From: Scyliorhinus canicula
Taxonomy: Eukaryota
Direction of reading: 5' to 3'
Length of the DNA: 64,000 bases
NCBI RefSeq assembly: GCF_902713615.1
Contig: NC_052146.1
Span: forward strand, 306,482,335-306,546,334
In this document: positions 12,101 through 24,100 of the stretch, one piece after another
Position numbering within the stretch: position 1 is the first letter of the stretch
Layout of the letters: every line of letters starts with the position of its first letter
Program-made: the position numbers and the translations under genes
The notes under the pieces: generated by a model
The model's database searches: none
Told to the model about the DNA's origin: nothing
The model's input: only the letters and a program-made list of their open reading frames with translations

Positions 12101-15100
12101 TCACTGGGTCAGGGATATTACGGAGGGGAATTCACTGGGTCAGGGATATCACGGAGGGGAATTCGCTGGGTCAGGGATATCACGGAGGGGAATCCACTGG
12201 GTCAGGGATATCACGGATGGGAATTCGCTGGGTCAGGGATATCACGGAGGGGAATTCACTGGGTCAGGGTTATCTTCCCGGAGGGAAATTCACTGGGTCA
12301 GGGATATCACGGAGGGGAATTCGCTGCGTCAGAGATATCTTCACAGAGGGGAATTCGCTGGGTCAGGGATATCACAGAGGGGAATTCGCTGGGTCAGGGA
12401 TATCACGGAGGGGAATTCGCTGGGTCAGGGATATCACGGAGGGGAATTCACTGGGTCAGGGATATCACGGAGGGGAATTCGCTGGGTCAGGGATATCACG
12501 GAGGGGAATCCACTGGGTCAGGGATATCTTCCCGGAGGGGAATCCACTGGGTCAGGGATATCACGGATGGGAATTCGCTGGGTCAGGGATATCACGGAGG
12601 GGAATTCACTGGGTCAGGGTTATCTTCCCGGAGGGAAATTCACTGGGTCAGGGATATCTTCCCGGAGGGGAATTCACTGGGTCAGGGATATCTTCCCGGA
12701 GGGGAATTCACTGGGTCAGGGATATCTTCCCGGAGGGGAATTCGCTGGGTCAGGGATATCACGGAGGGGAATTCACTGGGTCAGGGATATTACGGAGGGG
12801 AATTCGCTGGATCAGTGATATCTTCACGGAGGGGAATTCGCTGGGTCAGGGATATCACGAAGGGGAATTCACTGGGTCAGGGATATCACGGAGGGGAATT
12901 CGCTGGGTCAGGGATATCTTCCCGGAGGGGAATTCACTGGGTCAGGGATATCTTCCCGGAGGGGAATTCACTGGGTCAGGGATATCACGGAGGGGAATTC
13001 ACTGGGTCAGGGATGTCACGGAGGGAAATTCGCTGGGTCAGGGATATCTTCACGGAGGGGAATTCACTGGGTCAGGGATATTACGGAGGGGAATTCACTG
13101 GGTCAGGGATATCACGGAGGGGAATTCGCTGGGTCAGGGATATCACGGAGGGGAATCCACTGGGTCAGGGATATCACGGATGGGGATTCGCTGGGTCAGG
13201 GATATCACGGAGGGGAATCCACTGGGTCAGGGATATCTTCCCGGAGGGGAATCCACTGGGTCAGGGATATCACGGATGGGAATTCGCTGGGTCAGGGATA
13301 TCACGGAGGGGAATTCACTGGGTCAGGGTTATCTTCCCGGAGGGAAATTCACTGGGTCAGGGATATCTTCCCGGAGGGGAATTCACTGGGTCAGGGATAT
13401 CTTCCCGGAGGGGAATTCACTGGGTCAGGGATATCTTCCCGGAGGGGAATTCGCTGGGTCAGGGATATCACGGAGGGGAATTCACTGGGTCAGGGATATT
13501 ACGGAGGGGAATTCGCTGGATCAGTGATATCTTCACGGAGGGGAATTCGCTGGGTCAGGGATATCACGAAGGGGAATTCACTGGGTCAGGGATATCACGG
13601 AGGGGAATTCGCTGGGTCAGGGATATCTTCCCGGAGGGGAATTCACTGGGTCAGGGATATCTTCCCGGAGGGGAATTCACTGGGTCAGGGATATCACGGA
13701 GGGGAATTCACTGGGTCAGGGATGTCACGGAGGGAAATTCGCTGGGTCAGGGATATCTTCACGGAGGGGAATTCACTGGGTCAGGGATATTACGGAGGGG
13801 AATTCACTGGGTCAGGGATATCACGGAGGGGAATTCGCTGGGTCAGGGATATCACGGAGGGGAATTCGCTGGGTCAGGGATATCACGGAGGGGAATTCAC
13901 TGGGTCAGGGATATCTTCCCGGAGGGGAATTCACTGGGTCAGGGATATCTTCCCGGAGGGGAATTCACTGGGTCAGGGATATCTTCCCGGAGGGGAATTC
14001 ACTGGGTCAGGGATATCACGGAGGGGAATTCGCTGGGTCAGGGATATCACGGAGGGGAATTCACTGGGTCAGGGATATTACGGAGGGGAATTCGCTGGAT
14101 CAGTGATATCTTCACGGAGGGAAATTCACTGGGTCAGGGATACCACGGAGGGGAATTCGCTGGGTCAGGGATATCACGGAGGGGAATTCGCTGGGTCAGG
14201 GATATCACGGAGGGGAATTCGCTGGGTCAGGGATATCACGGAGGGGAATTCGCTGGGTCAGGGATATCACGGAGGGGAATTCACTGGGTCAGGGATATCA
14301 CGGAGGGGAATTCGCTGTGTCAGGATATCACGGAGGGGAATCCACTGGGTCAGGGATATTACGGAGTGTAATTCGCTGGATCAGGGATATCTTCCCGGAG
14401 GGGAATTCGCTGGGTCAGGGATATCTTCACGGAGGGGAATTCGCTGGGTCAGGGATATCCCGGAGGGGAATTCGCTGGGTCAGGGATATCTTCACGGAGG
14501 GGAATTCGCTGGGTCAGGGATATCCCGGAGGGGAATTCACTGGGTCAGAGATATCACGGAGGGGAATTCACTGGGTCAGGGATATCTTCACGGAGGGGAA
14601 TTCGCTGGGTCAGGGATATCTTCACGGAGGGGAATTCGCTGGGTCAGGGATATCTTCACGGAGGGGAATTCGCTGGGTCAGGGATATCCCGGAGGGGAAT
14701 TCGCTGGGTCAGGGATATCCCGGAGGGGAATTCACTGGGTCAGGGATATCTTCACGGAGGGGAATTCACTGGGTCAGGGATATCTTCACGGAGGGGAATT
14801 CGCTGGGTCAGGGATATCCCGGAGGGGAATTCACTGGGTCAGGGATATCTTCACGGAGGGGAATTCGCTGGGTCAGGGATATCCCGGAGGGGAATTCACT
14901 GGGTCAGGGATATCTTCACGGAGGGGAATTCGCTGGGTCAGGGATATCCCGGAGGGGAATTCACTGGGTCAGGGATATCTTCACGGAGGGGAATTCGCTG
15001 GGTTGGATGAGCTGCCGGAGAGGTTTGCGTTCCCGAGGGGGAGTGAGTTTAGGTACCTACAGGTGCGGGGCTTTGTCCGAAAGGAGCTGCCGACATTCCC

Positions 15101-18100
15101 AAACTATCGGAGTACACACTCCTGGAGATGTTGCTGCTCCCAGATGAGGCGTGGGAGGGCAGGACCGGGGATATATACAGTTGGTTGGGAGAGCAGGGCA
15201 AGGCATTAGTAGAAAGGATTAAGTGGGAGGGGGGGAGTTGGGGTGGGAGATAGGACGGGGGCTCTGGTTTGAGGTAATGCGGTGAGTGAACTCACCCTCC
15301 TCCTGTGCGAGAATGAGTTTGATTCAGTTTACACTGGTGCACAGGGTCCACTGAACTCGGACTGGGATGAATGGGTTCTTCCCGGGGGGGGAGTGGATGG
15401 ATGTGAGTAATGTGGGCGGGAATGGTGAATTACGCTCACATATTCTGGGGATGTGAGAAGTTGGAGAGTTTTGGGGAGGCGGTGTCTGGACCTTATCGAG
15501 GATAATGGGGGCCGAGATGAAGCCGGATCCCCTGATGGGGATCTTTGGGCTCTCGGACGTGCCGGAGCTGCTGGATGGACAGGAGGCCGATATCGTGGCC
15601 TTCAGCTCTCTGATTCCCCGGTGACGGATTCTATTGAATTGAAGGTTGGACACTTCACCGGGGGTTGCGGCCTGGCTGGGAGGTCTGTTCCAGTTTCTCC
15701 AGTCGGAAAAGATTAAGTTTTCTTTAAGGGGGTCAGAAGAGGGCTTTGAGTTACAGTGGAGGCTGTTCATAACGGTATATGAGGGAGGAGCTTTTGTCAT
15801 GGGGGCAGTGGGATGGGAAGGGAAGGGGTTAAAAGGGGAAAATGGACAAATAGTTAACTCTGTTTTGTTGGAATGTGTTTTTGTTGATATTCTTACGTTT
15901 GGAATAAAAAATCTTTTTTTTAAAAAGCTGTGTGGGTTCGGTGGATTGGCCGTGCGAAATTACTCCGTAGTGTCCAAAGGTTTGGTGGGATTCTGGGCAT
16001 AGGGTGGGGGATTGGGATTAGGCAGGTTGTTCTTTCAGAGGGTCGGTGCAGATTCGATGGGCCGAATGGCCTCCTTCTGTACTGCAGGGATTCTATGATT
16101 CTGTAAAAACATTTGACACGTGCAACGCCACCTGAGGAGGTATTTGGTCAGGTGACCAAAATTCAAAGAGATAGGTTTGAAGGAGTGTCCTAAAGGAAGA
16201 ACGTGAGTTTGAGATGCGGACAGGTATCCGGAGCCTCGGCAATTGAACTCACGAGCGGCACCCAATGGCGGGTGATTAAAATCGGGGGTGCCACAAGAGG
16301 TCAGAATTAGAGGACTTTGGGGCTGGTGGAGAGTCACAGAGATCGGGAGGAGTGAGGATGAGAGGGAGTTGTAAACAAGGATGAGAATTTATAAATGTAG
16401 ATGTTGCTGGACCAGAAGCTGATGTGGGTCAGTGAGCTCAGGGCTGGTAGGGCAATGGGGCCTTCTGCGTTAAGACACAGGCAGAAGAGTTTGGGATGTC
16501 TGAAATCATGGTTTATGAAATAGAAACAAGCACAGTTACACTCAATATGGAAAACCATAAAGCTCCCAGAGATTCCGAGCAGGATGTGGAAGGCAGAGAA
16601 GGAAACTAAGGCAATGAATCCTGTACCAACTCACCAGACTACTGGATTCAAAACTCCTTCCGCAGATTCTACATGGCACCAGGTTGAGATTCTGCTCTGT
16701 GTGCAAGAAAAGGGTGAAATAAATAACATGCCAACACACTCACTGTTACTGGATTGTAATCTGGAGGTCTAGATTCAAATGCCACCGGAGGTAGAAGGTG
16801 CTCTCGGTAAAAGTCGCCATGAAACAGTCAACATTGGTGCAAAGTCTCAGCAGCTGGTTCCCTTTAGGGAAGGAAGTCTGCCGTTCTCACCCAAGTCAGG
16901 CTCAGTATGTGACTCCAGTCCCACACCAAGTTGACTCTCAGAACTGCCCAGCACACCATTCAATTGCCTCCCAAGAGTAATTGGAGTTGGATAATGCATC
17001 ACCAATAACCACATCCGGAAAATGAACGGGGAAATATATTTGGTCCATTCTTATCCCTTTGCGTGGACAGAAGCAGTAATAGACCATGATTGCTAATAAA
17101 GACGCGGGAAGATCTGATTTGTGAAGGGACATTTGGCCCATTGAACCCATTCCTTTCGGTAGCTATAATGATATGCATAAGCAATTCTGTACGTTAAAAA
17201 AAATTAGACTTGCAACCAGCAGGTGGCAGTAGAAGTACACAACGTGACACTGTAACTTCGGGGAGTCTGAGTGAGGAGTCGTCGGGGATAGTCGTGTTTT
17301 GCATTAGCTCTCGTAATCTCGTTGTTAAAATTTACAGTTCGTTAGTAGTATTAGTATTGTTTTCTACCCACGTTTTTGTAATTCAATAAATCTTAACTAG
17401 TCATGAACTAGACGTTATTTGGTGCACTGACTCAATCATTGCAATGCACTAGAACATAACAGTAGCTGCGGCCGAGGGTGGAGATGCACACCTCTTGATG
17501 TCAGATGGATGTGGATTCAAATTCCAGTCCAGAGACTTGAGTCAGAGTGCAGGAGGGAGATAGAGAACCCAGTAGAGTGGTGCAACGACAACAATCTCTC
17601 CCTCAATGTCACCAAAACCAAGGTACTGTTTATTGACTTCAGGAAGCAAAGTTCTGTACACACCCCTGTCTGCATCAACGGGGCTGAGGTGGAGATGGTT
17701 GACAGCTTCAAATTCCCAGTGGTGCACATCACCAATAATCTGTCCTGGTCCACCCACGAGGACACTACGACCAAGAAAGCACAACAGCGCCTATACTTTC
17801 TCAGGAAACTAAGGAAATTCGGCATGTCCACATTAACCCTTACCAACATTTACAGATGCACCATAGAAAGCATCCTATCGGGCTGCATCATAGCCTGGTA
17901 TGGCAACTGCTCGGCCCAGGGCCGTAAGAAACTACAGAGAGTTGTGAACACAGCCCAGTCCACCATGCAAACCCGCCTCCCATCCATTGACTACACCTCC
18001 CGCTGCCTTGGGAAAGCGGGCAGAATAATTAAGGCCCCCCCCCCCCCCCCCCCCCAAATCCGGGTTATTCTCTCTTCCAACTTCTTCCATCGGGCAGGAG

Positions 18101-21100
18101 ATACAAAAGTCTGAGAACACGCACGAACAGGTTCAAAAACAGCTTCTTCCCCACTGTTACCAGGGGCCTGAATGGCCCTCTTATGGACTGACCTGACGTC
18201 TTCACACATCTTCTCTACTGAGTAGCACTATACTCCTGTATGCTTCACCCGATGTCTATGTCTATGTATTTACACTGTGCATTTCTGTATGTCCTATGTT
18301 TTACATGAATGGAACGATCTGACTGCACTGTACGCAGAGCAAATCTTTTCACTGTACCTCAGTACACGTGACAATAAATCTAAATGCAATCTTGAGCGAT
18401 CTAGGCAGGCACTCTAGTGCAGTGCTGAGGGAGTGCTGCACTGTCAGACGTTTTGGCCTCTCATACAAGCCGTCAATCTAAGGCCCTGTCTATTCCGACT
18501 GGTGGATACAAAGGATCCCAAGAGACTACTTCAAAGAACAGCAGGGGAGTTATCCGTCATGTCCGGCCAAAATGTTTGTCCCTTGACCAACATCACTAAA
18601 ATGGATGAACTGGTTGTCATCATATTGCTGTTTGTGGGATCTTACTGTGCACAATTTATACCACTGCATGAGATTATTTTCCTCCACACCTGCCTCAGTA
18701 AATATAAGAGGCGGGATTCTCCCCTACCCGGCGGGGCGGGGGGTCCCGGCGCTGAGGGGTGGCGTGAACCACTCCAGCATCGGGCCTTCCCAAAGGTGCG
18801 GAATCCTCCACACCTTCAGGGGCTAGGCCGGCCCAGAGTGGTTTGCGCTCCGCCGGCCGGCGGGGAAGGGGCTTGGCACCACGCCAACCGGCGCCGAAGG
18901 GCTTCCGCCAGCCGGTTCAAGTTGGCGCATGCGCGGGAGCGCCAGCGTGTGCTGGCGTCATCCCAGCGCATGCGCAGGGGGGGGTTTCACCTCCACGTCT
19001 TTTACACCAGCCGACGCAGAGGAATAGAGTGCCCCCACAGCACAGGCCAGCCTGCGGATCAGTGGGCTGGAGAATTGCCGGGGGGGGGGGCTCTACCAGC
19101 GGCCACAGGCCGGCGCGGCGCGATTCCCGCCCCCGCCAAATCCCCGGAGCCGGAGAATTCGGCAGCCGGCGGGGGCGAGATTCACACCGCCCACCCCCCC
19201 CCCCCTCCAGCGATTCGCCGACCCGGCGAGGGATCGGAGATTCCCACGCAAGGTTGGAGAATCCCGCCCAATGTTCCCAGTGATCACTGGAATGGCAGCT
19301 TATTGGCAGCGGCAGAGGGGCTGGGGTAGATCAGGGGGCTAAGGGAGTGACAGCACTGGATGTGAGGATACAGGAGTGTGAGGAGAGGCCACCGTGAGTG
19401 GCCAAAACAAAAGCTCCCAGGTTGAAGAGAGTGGGGGAGAAAACCGAGGCCTAGTGGGCAAGGATGACCGCATGCTGAGATTTCAACAGAGCGCAGGTGT
19501 TGGTCAAGGCTCAGTGACGCGCACGCCTCACCTTTTGGACAGAAGGTCATGAGTTCAACTCCCAGTTGAACATGTGACACAGCTGATACTCCCCGTTCAA
19601 TACTCAGGCAAACCCCTGGATTCTACCTTTCAGATGAGACAGGAAGTTGAGGTCATTCTGCCCTTGCAGGTGGAAGTAAAAGATCCCATCGTGACATTAT
19701 CCTGGGTCAATATCTATCCCTCAGCATTCAAACCGATAGCATTGATGTTGGTGGGATCTTTCTTTGTCCAAATTATCTGCTATCTTTTGTGATGATCCCA
19801 GCTGCTGTTGCTAATGGACAGTCAGGTCCCAGAATGGAACCCCAGCTCGATAGATTCAAACATTTATTTTTTGTTTCAAGATTTTGATTTGATTTGATTT
19901 TTGATTTGATTTATTGCCACAGATACCGAAGTACAGTGAAAAGTATTTTTCTGCGGCCGAGGGAACGTACACAGTGCGTACATAGTAGACAAAAAGAATA
20001 ATCAACAGAGAACATTGACAAATGGTACATCAATGAACAAACGTGGATGAACAGTGTCACAGGACAGCTGGTTAACTTTCAACAAATGAATAAAACATTT
20101 ATTAAACAATAAAAGATTGACTATAATGCACCACCCTTCACCCCAGCTGTATCTTTATATATATATTTGCAAAATCCATCTTATACTCTAATACTCTCAG
20201 TAAGTACACAGTCCACATAAGCCAATAGGCAAACAGCGTCCTGTTCTGGGTGTGCTTAACGGGTATTTTCCTGGTGTTTGCAGTGCCGAGATCAACGCCG
20301 CTGTTAAACGGCTCTCTGTTCTTTTCTCGGGCCTCAGCGAGGAAGGCCCCACCGAGCAAGGAAGGCCCCACCGAGCGAGGAAGGCCCCGACGGGCGAGGA
20401 AGGCCCCACCGAGCGAGGAAGGCCCCACCGAGTGAGGAAGGCCCCGACGGGCGAGGAAGGCCCCACCGAGCGAGGAAGGCCCCACCGAGCGAGGAAGGCC
20501 CCCCCGAGCGAGGAAGGCCCCACCGAGCGAGGAAGGCCCCACCGAGCGAGGAAGGCCCCCCAAGCAAGGAAGGACCCACCGAGTGAGGAAGGCCCCCCCG
20601 AGCGAGGAAGGCCCCACCGAGCGAGGAAGGCCCCACCGAGCGAGGAAGGACCCACCGAGTGAGGAAGACCCCCCCGAGCGAGGAAGGCCCCACCGAGCGA
20701 GGAAGGCCCCACCGAGCAAGGAAGGCCCCGACGGGCGAGGAAGGCCCCACCGAGCGAGGAAGGCCCCACCGAGCGAGGAAGGCCCCACCGAGCGAGGAAG
20801 GCCCCACCGAGCGAGGAAGGACCCACCGAGCGAGGAAGGCCCCCCCGAGCGAGGAAGGACCCACCGAGCGAGGAAGGCCCCCCCGAGCGAGGAAGGCCCC
20901 ACAGAGCGAGGAAGGCCCCACCGAGCGAGGAAGGCCCCACCGAGCGAGGAAGGCCCCCCCGAGCGAGGAAGGCCCCACCGAGCGAGGAAGGCCCCGACGG
21001 GCGAGGAAGGCCCCACCGAGCGAGGAAGGCCCCACCGAGCGAGGAAGGCCCCGACGGGCGAGGAAGGCCCCACCGAGCGAGGAAGGCCCCACCGAGCGAG

Positions 21101-24100
21101 GAAGGCCCCGATGAGCGAGGAAGGCCACACCGAGCGAGGAAGGCCCCACCGAGCGAGGAAGGCCCCACCGAGGCCACACTTAACTTCATTTCCTGCACAA
21201 AGGAGGTCAGCTCGGCAGTACAGGAAGAGATTGGGGTACCGTTTATCTCTCAACCCCCCAAAGTGACACCAAAACCACCCCCAATGACCCAACTTACCGA
21301 TTAGGGCATCCTCGAGTCCCCCTCACCCCACCTCACAAGGGCAAAGCACCCTCATGCCCGATTCCCAGAATGTACATTGACATAGAACAGTACAGCACAG
21401 AACAGGCCCTTCGACCCTCGATGTTGTGCCGAGCATTGTCAGATAACCAAGATCAAGCTATCCCACTCCCTGTCATTGTGATGTGCTCCATGTGCCTATC
21501 TAATAACCGCTTGAAAGTTCCTGAAGTGTCCGACTCCACTATCACAGCAGGCAGTCCATTCTACATCTAACCACTCTCTGAGTAAAGAACCTACTTCGGA
21601 CATCCCTCCTATATCTCCCACCCTGAACCTTGTAGTTATGCCCCCTTGTAACAGCTACATCCACCCGAGGAAATAGTCTCTGAACATCCACTCTGTTTAT
21701 CCCCCTCATCATCTTATAAACCTCTATTAAGTCGCCTCTCATCCTCCTCCGCTCCAAAGAGAAAAGGCCTAGCTCCCTCAACCTTTCCTCATAAGACCTA
21801 TCTTCCAAACCAGGCAGCATCCTGGTAAATCTCCTTTGCACCCTTTCCAATCCTTCCACATCCTTCCTATAATGAGGTGACCAGAACTGCACACAATACT
21901 CCAAATGTGGTCACACCAGGGTCATGTACAGTTGCAGCATAACCCCACGACTCTTAAACTCAAGCCCCCTGTTAATAAATGCTAACACACTATAGGCCTT
22001 CTTCACGGCTCTGTCCACTTGAGTGGCAACCTTCAGAGATCTGTGGACATGAACCCCAAGATCTCTATTCCTCCACATTCCTCAGAACCCTGACGTTGAC
22101 CCTGTAATCCCCATTCAAATTTTTCCCACCAAAATGAATCACCTCGCACTTATCAGGGTTAAACTCCATCTGCCATTTTTTGGCCCAGCTCTGCATCCTA
22201 TCAATGTCCCTTTGCAGCCTACAACAGCCCTCCACCTCATTCACTACTCCATGCCACCTCAGGTACCTTGGCACTGCCACCCTGGCAGTTCCCCTGCCAG
22301 CCTAGCAGTGACACCTGGGTACGCGAGTGTTTCCAAACTCCAGTCTTGAAGAAGAAACTTTGAAACTTCCCCCTAACAAAGCTTTCTCTTGAAGGCCTAC
22401 ACCAAGGATCCAGCTCCAGGTTTTTAAACTCTCCTTTCAGTATTCCTGTCTTGGATTCACATGCATTCAAGCTTCCACGCATTTTCTCAGGTGCTCAGCT
22501 CTCCAACAAAGCCCCAATGCTTCGCAGACTGTATGAAGATGTCACCAAACTTTCAATTATCCTTGAATTTCTGCCTTCTCACCTAACCAGCTTTAAATCT
22601 GCTTCTTGCAGCTGCCTCTTTGACTCAGTGCACTTTCTCTGATTTTTACTTGAATTCTCCAGAACAGGATCTTTTTCAACTCCTTGTTCTTTGCTACTCC
22701 CATTTAACTGCCTTGCTGAGATATACTTTTGTCAAAGCGCTTGCTTTCTGGGACTTTATTTTTCATTTTGGAAAGTCTGCTCTCTGCAGCTCTCTTGTCC
22801 TGTCCAGCTTCTTCTGGCTTAAGCTTACAACTAACTCCAAAGTTCTTTCTGTCCTCGGGTGGCCCCGGTTGCTAAGCAACAGCCTAGTTTTCCTTTAAGC
22901 CCAGTTTGCTTTCAGGTCATAAACCTCCATGACCAGACAAGCATCGTAACCAAACTGAAGTCTTTTAAATACAGAAACATAAAATTAAACTTACAGCTAT
23001 ACCTTATTTTTAAACCCCAGAAATACAAATATAAAATACTTTAAAAGACCTGTTTCCAGACTATTTTTGAAATACTCAATTGAACAAATACTTTTTGGCA
23101 TTGCCACACAGAGTGCAGAGTGAAATACAAGGCACCGTCTACAATATCACACTCTTAACATATGGGAAGCAAAAATGGAAACTTGCTGACTGGTTCAAGA
23201 CTAACATCACTGTGAGGGAATCGGTCAATGAAGCCATGCAGTCGGCTCTCACTGATTACAAGGGAGATCCGAGTGAGCAGACACTGAATGTACCCAGAGT
23301 CGCTCAACGCCAATGAATAGTAATGACAATTTTGCCAGAAAATCTAGATGTTCTTCAACATCGGGAATGCTGGGGGTTTGGAGGATCAAAAGGCAACAGG
23401 CCCATCAGCAAAGAAAACAAAGGCAGTTGGGGGGGGGGGGGGTTTCATCGCCTACTGCAATAAATGGTGGTGAGCTGCCTTCTTGAACCGCTGCAGTCCA
23501 TATGGTGCAGGTACACCTACAGTGCTGTTAGGGAGGGCGTTCTAGAAGTTTGACCCAGTGACAATGAAGGAACATGGATAGATCCGCCAAGGGATGGGAA
23601 ATAAATGATGCCCCACATCCCAAGAACGAATAAAAAAAAATGTATGTTCAAATATATCCAAGACAGGATGGTGTGGGGTTTGGGAGGGGAACTTGCAGGT
23701 GGTGGTGTTCTCTTGCGTCTGCTGCCTTTGGTCGTCCAGGTGGTAGTGGTCACAGAATGTGTTGCCATGTGGAGCCTGGATGAGTTAGCGTAGTGAGCTT
23801 TGTAGCTGGTACGTACTGTTGTCACTGTGCATGGCTGCTGGAGTGAGTATGTAAGATGGTAGTTGTGGTGCCAGTCGAGAGGGCTGCCATTTCCTGGATG
23901 ACATCAGTTTCTGGAGCGCTGCTGCAGTTGTATTTATTCAGCAAGTGGGAAATATTCCATCGCACTCCTGTCTTGTGCCTTCTGCCATCAAGCTCTGCTT
24001 TATGCCAAATAATGATTTTTTTTCATGATTTTTAATGCACCCATTGGAAACTTGAATTGAACTTTTAAAAAGACTTCAATAAAAAAGAGCCTATATATAT

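Larger units (their letters stand above)
6673..15925 (+). mobile_element. Degenerate L1-clade LINE 3' fragment interrupted by a SINE (7093-7418) and by the 7.5-kb minisatellite
   Basis: [16 protein letters not shown]..., [29 protein letters not shown], ...[28 protein letters not shown]; AATAAA at ~15903; homologous to the L1 at 61770-62926. Confidence 0.85.

Noticed and set aside
7518-15002. CRISPR-like array (repeat length ~30 bp)
   Set aside because: Units are head-to-tail with no unique spacers, there are no cas genes, and the context is a vertebrate genome
7401-15209. Overlapping 870-1065-aa ORFs of repeating [31 protein letters not shown]
   Set aside because: Translation of a 29/32-bp minisatellite; unit lengths are not multiples of 3, the same peptide appears in all three frames, and it lies antisense in a host intron within a dead L1
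18433-19329. 298-aa ORF and CpG island as a possible gene or promoter
   Set aside because: Spans an old SINE plus a GC-rich MITE bounded by TIRs; no domain recognisable
20138-21292. Several 136-384-aa ORFs on both strands
   Set aside because: Products of the 19-bp tandem repeat
19787-23050. Possible LTR-element remnant surrounding the 19-bp array
   Set aside because: TG start and LTR-like composition, but I could not define termini, TSD, PBS or coding motifs
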